64,000 bases of DNA from Botryllus schlosseri (GCA_051294905.1 CM119376.1:19282001-19346000), one strand, 5' to 3'. Positions 23,583-38,146 are shown, counted from the stretch's first letter. The notes: generated from the sequence alone by a model not told the origin. Translations and numbers: made by a program.

Positions 23583-25940
23583 CAGACATGGGGTGATTAC
23601 TTCATGATTGTAATCGATTGCGATTACGATTACTTCTGAATGACGCGATTACGATTACGATTACGATTACAGCAAAATCAGGAAGTAGTCGATTACGATT
23701 ACGATTACATTGGAAAAGTAATCACGATTACTCACGATTACATTTATTTTGCATCTTAGAAGCTATGTTGGAAGACAATATATGGAATGCGCTGAAGAGG
23801 CCTAATGAGATAACAAACTTCCTTTAAAAGAGATGCGTCATTTCTTGTTACGTCATAATGTACCCATTGACCATTTTTATAGAGGTCAATTTATCGCGGC
23901 CAATGATTTGCATTCTTGCCAGGGCCATAATTACCGCACCCCAAATTTCCCAATAGGGTGGGGAGGGAGCTCGAAGGGGACTCAAAAAGTGTTTCATAAA
24001 CCAACATAAGTTATAGAGTATTTTCGAGAGATCTAATTAACTTGAAAATCCTCTCTAGATCAGTGATTCCCAACCGCGGCTCCGAGCTAGCCTATTTGCG
24101 GCTCCCATTGACGTTGGAAAATCCAACAAAACTATCATAAAATCAATTTAGAAGAAACAAAAAAATTGATATTCAAAAATTACACTAGCTTGGCTTGGAA
24201 TCTGGAGTTTATAATTAAGGCTGGAGACCAATTTCCTTGCTGTCGAGTAGCGATTCTCTACTCAGCAACGATTTCGTTACTCAACTCACGTCAAAAAGTA
24301 TGCTCACACTCAAATGCGTTTGGATCGTCACTCAAATTTAAGTCTGCTCATCATCTGACTTAATTAAGTGCAGGTGGTCTTACAACACGTTTTACAACGC
24401 TATCTGACGATCAAACCAATAGATCATTTGACTTGATAGTTCAACGGCTGCATTGACGGAATGACTGCTTTTTTGCCCATGATGAAAATGTTTTCAAGTC
24501 CTATTGTAGTTAATGTGGCCACTGACCCTGGTAATTTAAAACTTGAGTTGCTAGACATGCAGTCAGATATAAAGACATGACAATTTGTTTGTGCGTATCA
24601 CGAAAGTTTTTTTTAGTCTGCTATACGCTTGAGCCACTACAGTGTTGGATTATATAACAAACCGGAGGTCACGAATTAACAACATACACTAAAGTAATTA
24701 TAACATGATACCAGAGGTTATAATCATGAATTACGTGCCCCCAGCTCTACATGTAGGTAATTGTGTGGCGAGATAGCGCCGTGGTATAATCCACGGCTGC
24801 CACGCCATTGGGTGCAGAATGCAGGAAATCGGTCTGGAGTAACTGACCGTTGTAGTCGACAAACACCAAGATTGAAAACTCTACAGGTAAATCTAACCAT
24901 CGCGGGCTGAGAGAGGATTAAAAATTAATAGTAATATAATGCAATTATTGACGAAATTCAGTCTTCAACTTGCGATTACCACCCTATAGGGGCCAAAGAC
25001 CGGGGGACGAATTGCTGTTTTTGTCCTGATTTCAGCTACAACCCATGCTAACATGATATATAAGCCTATGGCCATGGCGGCAGGTCCCAATGTTGAGTAA
25101 AGAATTGTGAAATAACGATTGGCGCCCGTTTCAAGTATAGAGTCATATGAGTATAAGACGAAGCGAACATAAAATTCTGCCTTCAACTTAATACAGATAT
25201 TGTACGGCAAGCTGCCGTTACAAGAAACGGCAAAAACGGGTCGGTTCTGATATATATGTATCACCAGCTGTTGATTTTTACTGCTTCGTTATGGAATTCG
25301 CAATGTTTTATTTGACGAGTACAAAATTTCAAATCTTTGTCCGGTGTACGTACGTACTAGATAGGCCTACTGCTCGCCAAGCAGCTACGGTCAAATTGCG
25401 TTTAACTAAGCATAAGCATAACCAAGCATCAACTCATAAGTTACTATTTTAAACTAGGCAGAGCGGAGATAAATAATACTGCTGCAAGGTAGTGGCGTGT
25501 GGAACGTGTTGATAACCTGATATACAGCACGGCGGGTGTTCTACTGTTCTTACAATGACACTAATGTACGACGTATGTACATTGTACATCGAATATCTAT
25601 TTAGTGTGGATACTTCTTACGCAATGACGCGCAAAGCTAATAGGCTGCTTCTGACGTAATAATGAGCTGTGGCGTTTGACAATCAGACGTTTGCGCTGTC
25701 ACGAGCCTGGTATAATATCTCTTCCTTGTTCACGAATGTTCAGTTTATGTCACAGTTCTTGCAAAAATAAAAAGTAATCGTTCTTTCACAGAGAAATCGA
25801 TTAGATATGGGAAGTAGTCGATTACGATTACGATTACTTCGGAATTTTTTCGAATGTAATCGATTGCGATTACGATTACTTGAAAATGCTGTAATCGTCG
25901 TAATCGATTACGATTACTAATCGCGATTACCCCATGTCTG
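23583..25940. mobile_element. hAT-type non-autonomous element, 2358 bp, with (GATTAC)n subterminal repeats
   Basis: TIRs CAGACATGGGGT(G/A)AT; 8-bp TSD GCGGGATC at 23575-23582 and 25941-25948. Confidence 0.88.
24461..24580 (+). pseudogene. hAT (Charlie/SPIN/GTF2IRD2-like) transposase remnant
   Basis: MKMFSSPIVVNVATDPGNLKLELLDMQSDIKT* resembles the recalled motif LFSSPFSVDV..P.NLQ.ELI.LQ.D..LK. Confidence 0.6.
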
Positions 25941-26239
25941 GCGGGATCTGCCAAAATTAGGATTAAGTCCTCGCACGTGGGAGATGAGGTTAGATTTCGC
26001 GTAAGATTTGAAAACAAAACGGATTTGAATATTTGGACGTGATTAGGAACGGATTTGTATCTGCGATTGTTGCAAAATTAGAGCAGGATTTGGGCATGGA
26101 ATTTCGAATAATTTCGAATGCACGTGAACGAATTCCAGTCGGTAACGTACATAGATTTGGATATCGACGTGATTGGAGTTCAGGATCTGAACTTTTATGG
26201 CCTAGGCTTACAGTATAAAATCCGGAACAGGGGTTAAAA

Positions 26240-26520
26240 TAGTGGTTCTCAAATTTTCTTTAGGCACGCCCCCTTTATGACGGTGAAAAATTTCGCGCCC
26301 CCTTATCGCCATATCACAAAATGCAACCAGAATGCTAGCAATCCCAACGGCTAGTTTGATTGCATGGAAGGTTATGACTGTTGATGAGAAAATTCTCAAA
26401 TATGAGATTAGGACTATATACAGAGCAATCAATAACTATGAATTGAAGGAAAATCGCGGGGAGCGCGAAAAAAAATCAGTAGACCACCATTTCACGCCCC
26501 CCACTTTGAGAACTATACTG
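26240..26520. mobile_element. Short hAT-like MITE
   Basis: TAGTGGTTCTCAAA...TTTGAGAACTATACTG imperfect TIRs with GCCCCC subterminal motifs; no TSD resolved. Confidence 0.5.
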
Positions 26521-27153
26521 GAATAAAAGTATCAATCCCGCTCATCTCTAATACGCATAGTAACCACGGGCCCTCCATATTGTTCCAAATTAGTAAGTCA
26601 AACAATTCCGCGTTATCGATATCGTCACCGTAGGGCTGGGCATAACGATTCGAGTAGAGACATACGAGTTCTTTGAGTACCGAAATTATATGCCACTTGC
26701 GACCAGGAATTATTTTTATAAACGTGTGTTAACTTTATGCTACATGAATCGATCCTCTCCGCCGTTGCAGCTTTGAATCATCGATATGTCATATCAAGAC
26801 GTGTAGCACAAAGTTACAGATATCAGTGGAATCGACATTTCTCTGAAGTAGCGATCGACCCACGGCGTTCACACAAAACGCAATTAAATAGGTATATTCA
26901 GTGAATAACAAATTGTCTTTAATGCTGTGTGTAAGTGACAACATTTTCTTTTTGCTCGCATAAAATATTTATATTTGAACTTTATAAAAATTATCCGTAT
27001 AGTGAGTAATGCTCGGATAACCGACTCAAAGTCGAACCACCCAGGTATTAGGTTTTGCCCTGCCCTGATTGTCACGTGATAACTCCTACAAATCCAACAT
27101 GTGTAGCTGAAATGGCGATGATCCATTATAAGTTGTTGTTCCTTGTTTTCCAG

Positions 27154-27322
27154 TCCCTCCGAAAATCAAGGTTTTCGCGTTCGAAGCTGTCAGAGTCGGG
27201 CAGCCTTTCGCCGAATTCTGCGTGATCACGGAAGGCGACCTACCTCTCAACATATACTGGAAGAAAGACGGCGTCACGATACGACCGAACGATCGCATCG
27301 AAATGACCCGTTCAGCAGTAAG
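27154..27322 (+). CDS. Dscam: Dscam-like exon 6: Ig7-like N-half
   Basis: VPPKIKVFAFEAVRVGQPFAEFCVITEGDLPLNIYWKKDG resembles DSCAM Ig7 VPPFIQPFEFP...CVVVSGDLPITITWQKDG; donor AG|GTAAGT. Confidence 0.93.
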
Positions 27323-30300
27323 GTAAGTCATACAGTAAAAGTAAAGTGAGTAGGTAGGGATAGTCGGTGGGACATACTTCTACCTTTTTGAAGTGCTCAA
27401 GTATATTTGACCTACTTCCACTACCTAATCAAGGAATTGAGACTTTGGGCTACTTCTATACTTCACCGTTTTCAGTTTTTGTGCAAGACGTAGCCTAGAG
27501 TACTTGAGTACCCACGATGACTATCTTGACCACCTATGCCCTCGGCCAACTATGACAACAGCCGCATTCTGTAACGTATGGTGTTTTTTTATGATATTGT
27601 TGTGTCACGTAAGGCCCATGGGACGGGAAAGGTGAGTAATATCGGTCGGATAATCGCGAATTCTTGTATCGCCAAGGGGATGGACCCCCGGCCGTTAATC
27701 ATTATCACCTGTTCCGCAAAGGTGTACTGTGAATCTTAATTAAATCTAAATCTTTATAAAACGATTTTCGCCGCTGCGCAGCAACGCGAGTCCCATCCTG
27801 GATACGGCTCGCGTTTCCTGCTGTCTTGGGAGAGATATTGGATTGAATCGTAGATGTTTATTGGTAATAGATACGCAAGGGTCGGGTTTCTCGATCGTTT
27901 GAAGAGCGCGGTCTGTTTAAAAGCGAGTCGCCGGTTGTGCAACCTTGTTTTGCCGGGTCGAGATCTTGTGCTGCCGGATACGGTGATTACATCGAGATTT
28001 GACATTTGAAGCGTGACTGGTGTTGATAAGTTTCGCACATTTGTATGTTATATTTATGGAGTCTTTGTCATATATTAGTTTCAAAATAACCCGGAATATA
28101 CGCTGCATGGTTGTGTAAAAAGTTGTATTTGGGAGATTTCCATCTTAATTAATAATGTAAATCAGCCCCTCTGCACTTTCTGCTACCGAATTTTGCTTTC
28201 ACAACCATTGTGACGGGGGAAACTAGTCAGATATACCAATTCTTACGGAGGCATATCGCCGGAGCGTAGTGGATTGCATCCACGTGTGCCAGCCTTTTGC
28301 GCACGAAAGCAGAAACCAGTGCCTCCCTGAGACATATTTCCGTGAGAATTAGTGTATTGGACTCGTTTTCACCCATTGGAATGTGTGCGAAAGCTGTATT
28401 TCGTATTAGAAATCGCTGTTGACTCGATTTTCACCCTACGATTTCGTTTAGACTTTAGGTGTAAATACGCTTGCAACTCGTTCAAGAGAACATATAGTTA
28501 CCACAAAAGACCTAGCGGGATGGGCGTTTGGAATATAGCGCATCGGGGTTAACACTGAACACTTGGTAATATTAACACTTGTTTTGAATCTGTATCGATT
28601 CAGCTCTAAATAAGCTCTCCCAATCCGGATACACCACAGTAGAAGGCGAAAACAAGATTAACAAAACAGCGTGCAAGTTGACGATACATGCGGCCGCCTC
28701 CAGACTTTGCGGCTATCTTAATTTGCTCTTATCACTATTCCGCTTCCTCGACAGTCATTAATAATTGATCGTGACTTTTGGCTGTTATCAATAACAGATA
28801 ACGTACGGGATTCATAACTCTCGGCGGGCGTCGCGGTGTGAGGAGCACTTCCCAAATACTCAAATTCAAAGTATAGAAATAGATTAAGGTAGTATTCTCT
28901 GAAACTCAAGTAAACGTGACGTCATTAATTTCTAGTCAAGTAGAAGTAGATGCAGCGATTAACAAATGAGTAGCAAGTAAGCATTCTTGTAATATGTAAT
29001 ATGGGCTATAATATGTGTTAGTTGTTGTGATGCAAAAGGATTTACTGCCAAAAGCGTCACCATGTTTTTTTTTTACAATAATAATATTATTAGGAAACAG
29101 TCGAAGTACTGTTACTGATCGCCTATGGAAATATCATTCGTCATATTGATACCAGCCGACCGATACCGAATGCAGAAAGTTATTTTAGCGATCGCTTCGC
29201 TACTGTAATTCGTTATTGACAACATTTGAGTATAACGGAAGGGTCCGTGAAATCTGTTTTTACCCAGCTCTGACGCATCGCGCCGTTAAATGCCATGTCA
29301 TGGCCGGGTGAAGGTATTTTTAGCGCCTTGATGGTGTTTTGACTGGTATACACACCGGACCTTTGTCGCTTCCGTCGGGGCTGACGCAAGCGCTGTCGAC
29401 GAACCGCAACGAGCCGATGGTAAAGCAAATCGCTGAGTGCTAAATTCCTTGAAAACCCTTTGATGGGATCGGCCACAGAGCATGCACATTTAGGTGGTTT
29501 AATGCGTGTATCACTCTATTGCAAACATGCATAAATTTTACGTGTCTGCTCGCGTCATACCGTGTCGCAGAACGCGGTGTTTGGTGTGATGTCCCTGTCG
29601 GAATTTTACGTTATCGCTAAGTTCAATTCCGCAGGCGCGAAATGTAGGCGATATGTGACATTTATGGCACGTATCGGTTTACGGTTATCATTATACCCGC
29701 TGAGCACATAGCCGAAATTCAAGGTCCTGTCATATCCATCATTAGAGCGGTTATTATGCGTCCTATCGGTCATCTGACCTCACAGACCGACCGCAGATAT
29801 GCGGGTCAATGTGGAGATTTTATTAGACGCGCGTGAGCGAACTTTCGCCGCTTGGGTGTCGTTGGATTTGGTGTCAACTGTATGTGATGTTACAAACCGT
29901 AGTAGAATATTGTAATCTACGATTGGAGTGGAGTATTTCGACGCCGCGTGTGGACAGTGTTCTTTTTTACTTGCGGGTTAATATCGGGTACCCCGATTTG
30001 AATGCACTGATACTCACTGTGAGATGAGAACCGCGCTTTGAAGTTCTGCGAAGCTGTGGGCAATTAAGACGAAAAATGATGCTAAATCCTCCTTGTAAAT
30101 ATCCCGTTTCGAAGTCTAATAGGGTAAAAAAAGATTTGCTTTGACTAAGGCTTAGCAATGCAGCGGTTACGTTTAAAATGCACTCTGCGTGACTTTTACC
30201 ATTCATTCCGTCTCGCTAATTCCGGTGTTTAACGAAATCTCTGTTGCATGCACCAACTAATACGACCATTACGAGCGATACATACGTATGCTTGTTTCCC

Positions 30301-32556
30301 GAATTTTAGTGTTGGCCTGAATCTCAGACTTTTCGTCTGCCAATCTCAAAACCGATCACGTAATCGCTCCATGCCTTTGATCGATCACGTTCAGAATTTC
30401 AATTGCGACCTTGATTACAAGTGCTTGAAAGCCCGCTTTCGCTACCAGCATGTAATTACGATGCCAAAACACAGAAAACAAACGCGACTCGAGGAGCATC
30501 GGCTCGCGGGCATTTCTCAAATTATATTGTAATGGTTCCGCAATCAGAACAAAATAATCGATGGCAATTATAGCTCGCCAATCGCAAATCGCCTCAACAA
30601 TGTATACGCAGTCTCGGAAACGTTGCTTGCGATTTTGATGTCTTGTTTTCTAGGCGCACGCGAATTTCCCAGCGGGACGCGTCAGTGAATATTTGTCTGG
30701 TACAGATAAAAGTCAACGGCCATCCGAGTTTTGTGTGCCGACGCATCGCCCGGCAAATTTCGATTCTCAAGAGATAGGAGTTTGAAGAATACGCGCATAT
30801 GCGCTCCGTTTCTGATTAACACGGCCGTTGCCGGTTTTCGGTGACAATCTGTCACGTTAGGCCTTATTAGATTTATCTTCGCGTGCCTTTAATAGGTTTA
30901 CGCGTAGTGCCCCGCGCGCGTGCGTTGCTTCAGCCAAAATTTGATCCGCTTCCCAACAGACTGGGTGCCAGAAACGAAATCGCTTCCGCGATTAGTAATG
31001 GGAATTCCCACTGATATCCAGTCTGTCTTCTGGTGGATCTTACGTGAAATTTGGAAGCTTTGTGTGAAAGGCACAGCGCGCTAGAAGTCGTACTCTCTCG
31101 GTTGCGAAATTTTATCTACCGGTATTGGCCTTTTTTAATTATGCGCCGCCAAATACCTTTCGAACAAAGCGGAGTCGCCCACCTTCGAATATCCACCAAA
31201 TTCACGGCTCGCATAGTCAATTCTATGTGGTTGATCACAATTTCGATAGGTAGATTACTGTCGAATTACGAGCGAAACACCATGAGTTAGACACAATAGA
31301 ACTCGTACGCCGGGAATTCGATATAGCTCCCGAGATAACTATCTGGCAATTACAGCGAATTGGCGCCCGTTTTCGTCATGCGTATTACCAGTCACAAAAA
31401 CAAGCACAGGTCCGCGGCGGAGGACTTGACATACGCAATGCACACGATGTGGATTTTATAACGCTTAGTGCCAGGTCCGACGTGTATGTCGTGGTAATGT
31501 GGCGGCGTAATCTTCGAATATAAACACAACAAAGCCAGCCGTAATAACCTCATCCGAGGTTATACGAGATGTAATCTTGACTTACTCGGATTAGCACAAC
31601 TCATTAAACTGTAGCACGCGAAACGCTCGAGAATTGGCGTTTTCACTGTAAATATCAATGTTGGTGTTGCATGGCAGCGAACTGTAGATTCTATAGCATC
31701 TCCTTTAAAATATCCCAACTGTAATTGACTTAATATATGTCTCGACCCCGAATTATGCCAAGTTTCCGTCTATGATGCATTAGCGGCCATTGCGTTCATT
31801 GCGATAACATCTTTAAATCGTGAGAACAGATGGGTATCAACAACGCGCTGTAAATGTACAGGTCCGCTACGATCCTGCGACGGGTTGTGTATACCGTAAA
31901 AGGTCTGTCGCTGAAAGGTAGATTCGCAGGATTTTAACTGAGCGATCGCGGACCTGCGTAGTGCGTATACATTCCCAGTCCTTCAAACAAATGCGAGTCG
32001 AATGATTCGTATCTATGTCGCGGCGTCTTATCCGAGATAGCGATCATGAATCAATAAACTACCTGAATTGTTGTGAAGTGTATCGCAGAATTCCTAAAAA
32101 AAACTAACAAAACAGACTTGAAATTCGTGGCGAGCCAAGAACGTATTTAAAACACAAATTTTCTAGCATGCGGTGTGTACCAGACGGACAAATCGTGACA
32201 ATCATACACCTAGGGTTGGGTTGAGGATAGTTGTGATAATCGAAAACTATAGTGGGACTATTTCAAGTTATCTTTACGCAATTATTGTTAAAAAAAGTTC
32301 AATAATTGGTAGAAATCAAAATCCCAATGTCAGCGTGACTTTTGTCGTATCGTTGTATAGCCTTCAGGTCATTCAGGGTCAATTTCCGCCTTAGTAGTGG
32401 TCGGAATATACACTACATTGTGCACTTGTGCAGTCACCCACTTGCAGAGTTGAGCGGACTATAGAGAACAACGGTAGTTTGATTACATCACTGTGTGAAT
32501 TTGACCAAGGAAAATGCAACGCAATCTGCTAAGCTTATTCTCAATTTTATTTGCAG

Positions 32557-32672
32557 TACGTCGCTGTCCCTGTCCATACGCAGCGTTACTCTGGAACTGG
32601 CTGGGGACTACACATGCTGCGCGTCGAACAACGTTAGCAGTACTTGCCACACAAGTTCTTTAGTCGTCCTGG
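32557..32672 (+). CDS. Dscam: Dscam-like exon 7: Ig7-like C-half
   Basis: TSLSLSIRSVTLELAGDYTCCASNNVSSTCHTSSLVVL; phases 2/1. Confidence 0.92.
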
Positions 32673-33071
32673 GTAAGCGCACACGTCACACTCGAAGTCT
32701 TTGTTTATATTTAGTTATGGAGCGCTTTTGCCAACATAAAAACGCGTAGGTTTATTTACGTGAATTGTATTTTAATCAACGATGCCAACGACCAATGACA
32801 TAATTTGTCGTTGATATTTCTCGAGATTTTTTACACAATTCAATTACTCTGTTATCAATCAGTCAGTCAAATGCTACGCAATTGGATGATGATGACAGTT
32901 ACGTTACCTCGTGACGTTTGCGTAAATTGGCGAACAGTCGGCTTTTATAATACCACTTACAAGCGCATCATAACATCCGTCTTAATTTCCAACCCCTTTA
33001 TTCGAACATTTATGACGTACTTCCGAAGTAAACGGACCGTTCCGGATGTCTATTTACGATATTGTCTTCAG

Positions 33072-33194
33072 ATCCCCCGAAGATATTAAACCTGCCGTCC
33101 GAGCTATCGAAATTATCCGGAGACCGAGTGGAGATTAACTGCGAGGCAACCGGGTACCCGAAACCGAATATTACGTGGGCGCGTGTGTCGGCCG
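33072..33194 (+). CDS. Dscam: Dscam-like exon 8: Ig8-like N-half
   Basis: DPPKILNLPSELSKLSGDRVEINCEATGYPKPNITWARV; TTCAG acceptor and G|GTAAGC donor; not shown in the ORF track. Confidence 0.92.
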
Positions 33195-35476
33195 GTAAGC
33201 GCGAGTAATTGAATCATCGTAACCATCGGTGTACTGAGCAGTGTGCATTGTTACGGGACAACGCGTGTAAGTGTGCGTTGCTACGTGCGTTGTCGCGGTT
33301 GTGAGCTATGAGTATATAAAGATAACTTGGCTTTTGGTGACGTAAACTTATGATATCTATCCAATATATCTTCCTAAATAGGCGAATATAGATCTAAGCG
33401 GAAACAATTCATATGATCGATGTATGGTAACCCTTTAACACGTAAACAAACGGGACACGAACTGCGTATTACGGAGTGCTAACGACGCATATCCATCACT
33501 TAGCGCTTGCATAATGTACGCATTGTCACAGAAGCCCTTTTTTGCCTGTGTACTAGAATATGTTACATGCAAACTGTTGGGAATTTCGATGGAGTAATCG
33601 GTATAAGAATGCATTGAGTTTTCGAATGTCAAGGCCTTCATTTAATCCTGAAATATTACCCCGTTGCTATTTGGCTTTTGCATAATTAATACGTCCTACC
33701 ACCTGCCGCTTGTTTGGCATAACCCTACCAACTTTGGAAGTTGCGATTTGACCGACCGTGTTTCGCTACGCTTTTCGGGTAAGAGCCAGATTCGGGGGCG
33801 AATTGCAAACCAAAATAGATATATCTGAAATTGATATACGATTTGTGATATACCTTTACGTTACGTTCCACGGGGTTTAAATTACAGTCAAACCCTGAAA
33901 ATGATACAATTTTCAAACGCGTACGTTTCTCCTTTGTATCGACTATGGAGAATCATGACTACATCTACAGAGCGTTTCCAAGCAATGCGTCAAGTAATTT
34001 GCACTGTTCAATAGGTCCTATAAGTGAGATGTAAACTATTCAAACGAAAGTAAATCATCCTTCAAATATCACGGTTTCTGTTTGGCTCCTGTTTGGCTCA
34101 TTAGGCAAGAATTCAAACTTTGACAATGCCAATTGGATTTACTGTCTGTTCTTGGTCGTTGCAAGCATGGATTCGTATTTTGCCGATGAATAAATGCCAG
34201 CTCTCGATTAACTGCTCACATAAAATTGCTATGGCACAAGAATTATACTTCGACTTGGGTTTGGTTTATTGAAAATTTATTGGAATGGGATAACAGCAGA
34301 CGCGCACCATTAAAGGTCTTTTACGGACATTGGCTGTTAGTCTGGTTTTATTTGGATTTTATTATGATGTGACGGTACCATACTCAGATTATTGATACTC
34401 TTTATGAGCCAGCATTGTGGACTCATCAATACCAATACCCGGTGCGGTTTTATTCTGTAAAATCAGCGATATATCTGGCGTTCATAAATGATTTTCTGGC
34501 TGGCCTGGTGGACGTTAAGAACTCGGATTGACCTTCGCAATCGAATCGCGTGTGGCGGATATAACACGCGTAAAGTTATGATTTGATCTACTTTATCATG
34601 TTTTGGATCCCAAGAGGGATTGACTATAGCCTCGCTGGTACACGCGATTTCGTGTATCTCCGTATCAACCTTCGCGAAGAACCGTGTTAGATCTTTCGTC
34701 ACCACGTTGGATGTTCTCTACCGCAGTGCGTTCCCGGTGTATTTGCAATATGTGTCAAAGTGTTGTAAAACATTGTGTACTTTTTGGAATGTGGTTGCGC
34801 GTTGGGGTGTGGATTTGCGAAAACTATATTCATTCGAGTCGTAATTTATACTTTATGTGTTGGTACAGCGTAAATCGCGATCAATTGGGGATATCGCCGT
34901 AGGGGGCTTGTAAACTTACGATGTGTGAGCAATGTGATTATAGTGACAAATTTAATTTACGTCACTTCATTTCAAAAGACTTAAAAGGTGGACATAAGGG
35001 GTAGCTGCAAAATTTGACGCAGTAAAACATAATTTTGATAGCTTTTCTCACACGAAAGTCGGCATTGGAGTGCGTAAAGTTTATGTTACTATTGGCTAGT
35101 TACTAGTTAACCAGTTAGCTGCAACGCATATATGCTTTCCTTTTACCGATTAAGTTAAATTGATATTTACATGTCCATGCTCATGTTCAATCTCCGATGC
35201 CCATGTATAGTTGAATCGTCATAGTATTTACTATGTGATTGCCCGAAAAGAATCTGGCCAATGGACACGCCAATGGTGAAATATTGTATTATCGTGAAGG
35301 GTACCTGCGATGACAAATGGAAGGTCAGGCGCAATGCTAATGTCCTTATGACGTAACTAATAGCATGTAGACTTGCGGACGACGGCCGTACAGTAAATCA
35401 CCGCTGTTTGATATCGGATTAAGACAAGTGTCTTGAAATCCAATTCCAGATGTAAAACTAATAATATCCTTTCCAG

Positions 35477-35680
35477 ACTCAAAAAGCGATTACATTTCCA
35501 TCCCGTTCCGAAAAGAGGACGATACAACAAAGGAAATCTTCGGATTTCCAAAAATATATCAAACCAAAAACGGATCGCTGGTCATCGCCAACGTATCGAG
35601 TCCAGACGCCGGGAAGTATTTCTGTCGGGCTAAGAACAATGTCGACGAGTCCAGTAACTTCTTATCGCTACAAGTGCACA
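35477..35680 (+). CDS. Dscam: Dscam-like exon 9: Ig8-like C-half
   Basis: SKSDYISIPF...KNGSLVIANVSSPDAGKYFCRAKNNV...LQVH; donor A|GTGAGT. The true frame differs from the ORF track entry at 35433. Confidence 0.92.
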
Positions 35681-35766
35681 GTGAGTACCGCTTTAATCGC
35701 CGTGTACACTCTCATCAACCATCTCGAGTGTGGGATTTACGATTTCGTGTTTATTGCACTCGACAG

Positions 35767-35938
35767 ACCCGGCGAGAATCCTGGACGTGTTCGGCACGCG
35801 GGACATCACGCACAGGCGCGACTTGAGGCTGAAATGCACGACGTGGGGCGATGACGTCATATACGTGACGTGGTTAAAAGACGGCCGCGCGTTAACTGCC
35901 GGCCAAGCCCGCGTGCAAACAAGCGCGAAAGACCACGG
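35767..35938 (+). CDS. Dscam: Dscam-like exon 10: Ig9/Ig10-like N-half
   Basis: PARILDVFGTRDITHRRDLRLKCTTWGDDVIYVTWLKDG; donor GG|GTAAGT. Confidence 0.92.
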
Positions 35939-37199
35939 GTAAGTAATGCTATGTATAAAGAGTCGTATGCAGAAGTGGTCTGGTCAGTAGCGAAGTACCT
36001 CTACTTGTTTGAAGTACTCGAGTAGGTTTCGCGTATACTTGCGGTACTTACTCGAGTGGGTATGTTTTTGAACTACTCCCACTTCTACTTGAGCAGTTTT
36101 TTTACGTAAGACTACTTACGTTTTACACCTGGAATGTTATCAAGTAGGGAGGGGTTTTGGGACACGTGTGTCTTACCGTTATGTACGGAATGGTTATGAG
36201 AGCCACGCGAAATAGCCTTCAAAGTAACTGCTGAATATGTTTTCGAAGATTGAGACAATGTGTGGCGTCGTTTGTTGTGTTGCGTTAATGGCGAAGATAC
36301 ATCTTGATACTTCGAAAGTAGCCGCCATCGATTAACTGTGTAAAGTATACGACTCTTCGACCAAATCGACGTTTCGAAACTACTCCCTTGACTACTTCTC
36401 AGACCTTTTATTTTTTTACTTCTACAAAATCGGGATTGTGACACAGATGGCGCGCTCTCCGGGCGTAAGATATACATGCAGGCTTTGTGGTCGGATGTCA
36501 AAACCTTTTGAAGGCAAAAATGACCGGTTATCTAATCTGCGAAGCCTACGCATTACTCATGCGGCCTTGGGGGAGTCTTCAGTTCATGAACGGTGGCGTG
36601 CGACAAAGCCCACGAGAATTGGCCGAAAACATATGATGTGTGTTGTTCTATTTTCGTGTCAGTAATGAAAGGGCAACGCCTTTCAAATACGAATTCACAA
36701 TCCGTGTGACTTAGGGTTGGGGCTCAATGTAAAATAGTAGATTGTATCCGGCCCGATTTCCGTTCTGATTGAAACATACTTGAGTAGAAGTGAAATTAGC
36801 GACGCATATTTATGCTCAATTACAAGGAGAAGTAGAGAATTCCAAGTCCCGTCGAAACTACTTCATGCGGAAGTGGAACATGAAAGGTAACGGCATTACA
36901 AATAGTTGTAACCTGTTATCGCGATACGGAGGCTGTTTCACGTGGTTTTTATTACAATTTCACTCAGTATAGTGACGCAATCCTTGTCCCAAACTACTTC
37001 ATACTTTTCGAAATCAAAGTGAGATTAGTAAGTATAGTTATGCGTATAAACCGTATATGTAGAACTTGATCACTTCGTTACTGACCATCTCTGGAAAGGT
37101 ACAGGTCATTGGAAATACTATTATTCATTGTACTTGTTCAGTTCATACTAACCGACAGATTTCGATGGAATTCATTCTAACGCCTATTTTCGTCACCAG

Positions 37200-37339
37200 C
37201 AAGCTGGACTCGCAATACGCGGTCACCCTGAACAGATTGATGATCGGAAACGCGACCAGATCCGACACCGGGCTGTACACCTGCGTGGCTAAAAATAAAT
37301 ACGGAATCTCGAAGAGGGAGATGAGCGTCCTTGTGAGAG
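37200..37339 (+). CDS. Dscam: Dscam-like exon 11: fifth Ig C-half
   Basis: NRLMIGNATRSDTGLYTCVAKNKYGISKREMSVLVR; phases 2/1. Confidence 0.92.
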
Positions 37340-38146
37340 GTTGGTTCGCACATTTACCATCGATTCGTTGAAGATAATTTTTCGATTGTAATGCGCGTGG
37401 TACTTCCATTCGACATCGCCGCCTGATTAAAAGGTTATCGATTTTCGTTCTCGTATCGATGTTATGAATTATGTCGCGTCCCTTGTCCCTTGTGCGCTGA
37501 TTGATGTTCTCGGCAGTTTAGCAGGAGCACCGAACGGGATGCTTCTTAATTTTGCGCTTCATACATTTTTAAACGCGGGGCAATATGGCGGATTAAGTTT
37601 CTTGGATATCCTCAGAAAATCGCCCTTTAAGACATCCTGCCGGATGGGAGACTATCGGGTTGACTTAAAATTGCGAGTGTAACTGTTCTATACTCTCGCT
37701 TATGCTACATATAGAGCAATATCTCCGTGGAATGTATCTTTTAATGCGTCACCAATTTCTCTATAATGATGCAAGCATTGCGAAAATTTGTTGTGGGCAC
37801 ATTTCAAATTTCCGATGGTTGCATTAATGTACGTTCCGTGTCATTTGGGTCCGCATCGTTTTACGACCTTTTTCTGTTGTTTGTTGACTCGTAAAGCTGT
37901 TGCAGTAAATCGAAAAATCGATCCATAACTTCAATCATACGCGTGCAATGGATATGTGCAATTGTGCATGCACACAACACATTCGACACGGGGAGTCGTA
38001 CAGCGAAATCGTTAATGTGCCTTGAGTCATACCGTGTATTTATCGCGTTGACTTTTTTCTGTCGGCTGCTATGCAGGGGTGGTCAATGACGAAGTACATA
38101 GTCAATTGTCAATCGGCAATAATCAAATTCTTTTATTGATACGCAG

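Noticed and set aside
20401-32556. Mutually exclusive alternative-exon arrays as in arthropod Dscam1 (large introns flank the Ig7 exons)
   Set aside because: By eye I found no duplicated Ig half-exons in the 6.7-kb and 5.2-kb introns. A tBLASTn of each exon against the introns would be decisive.
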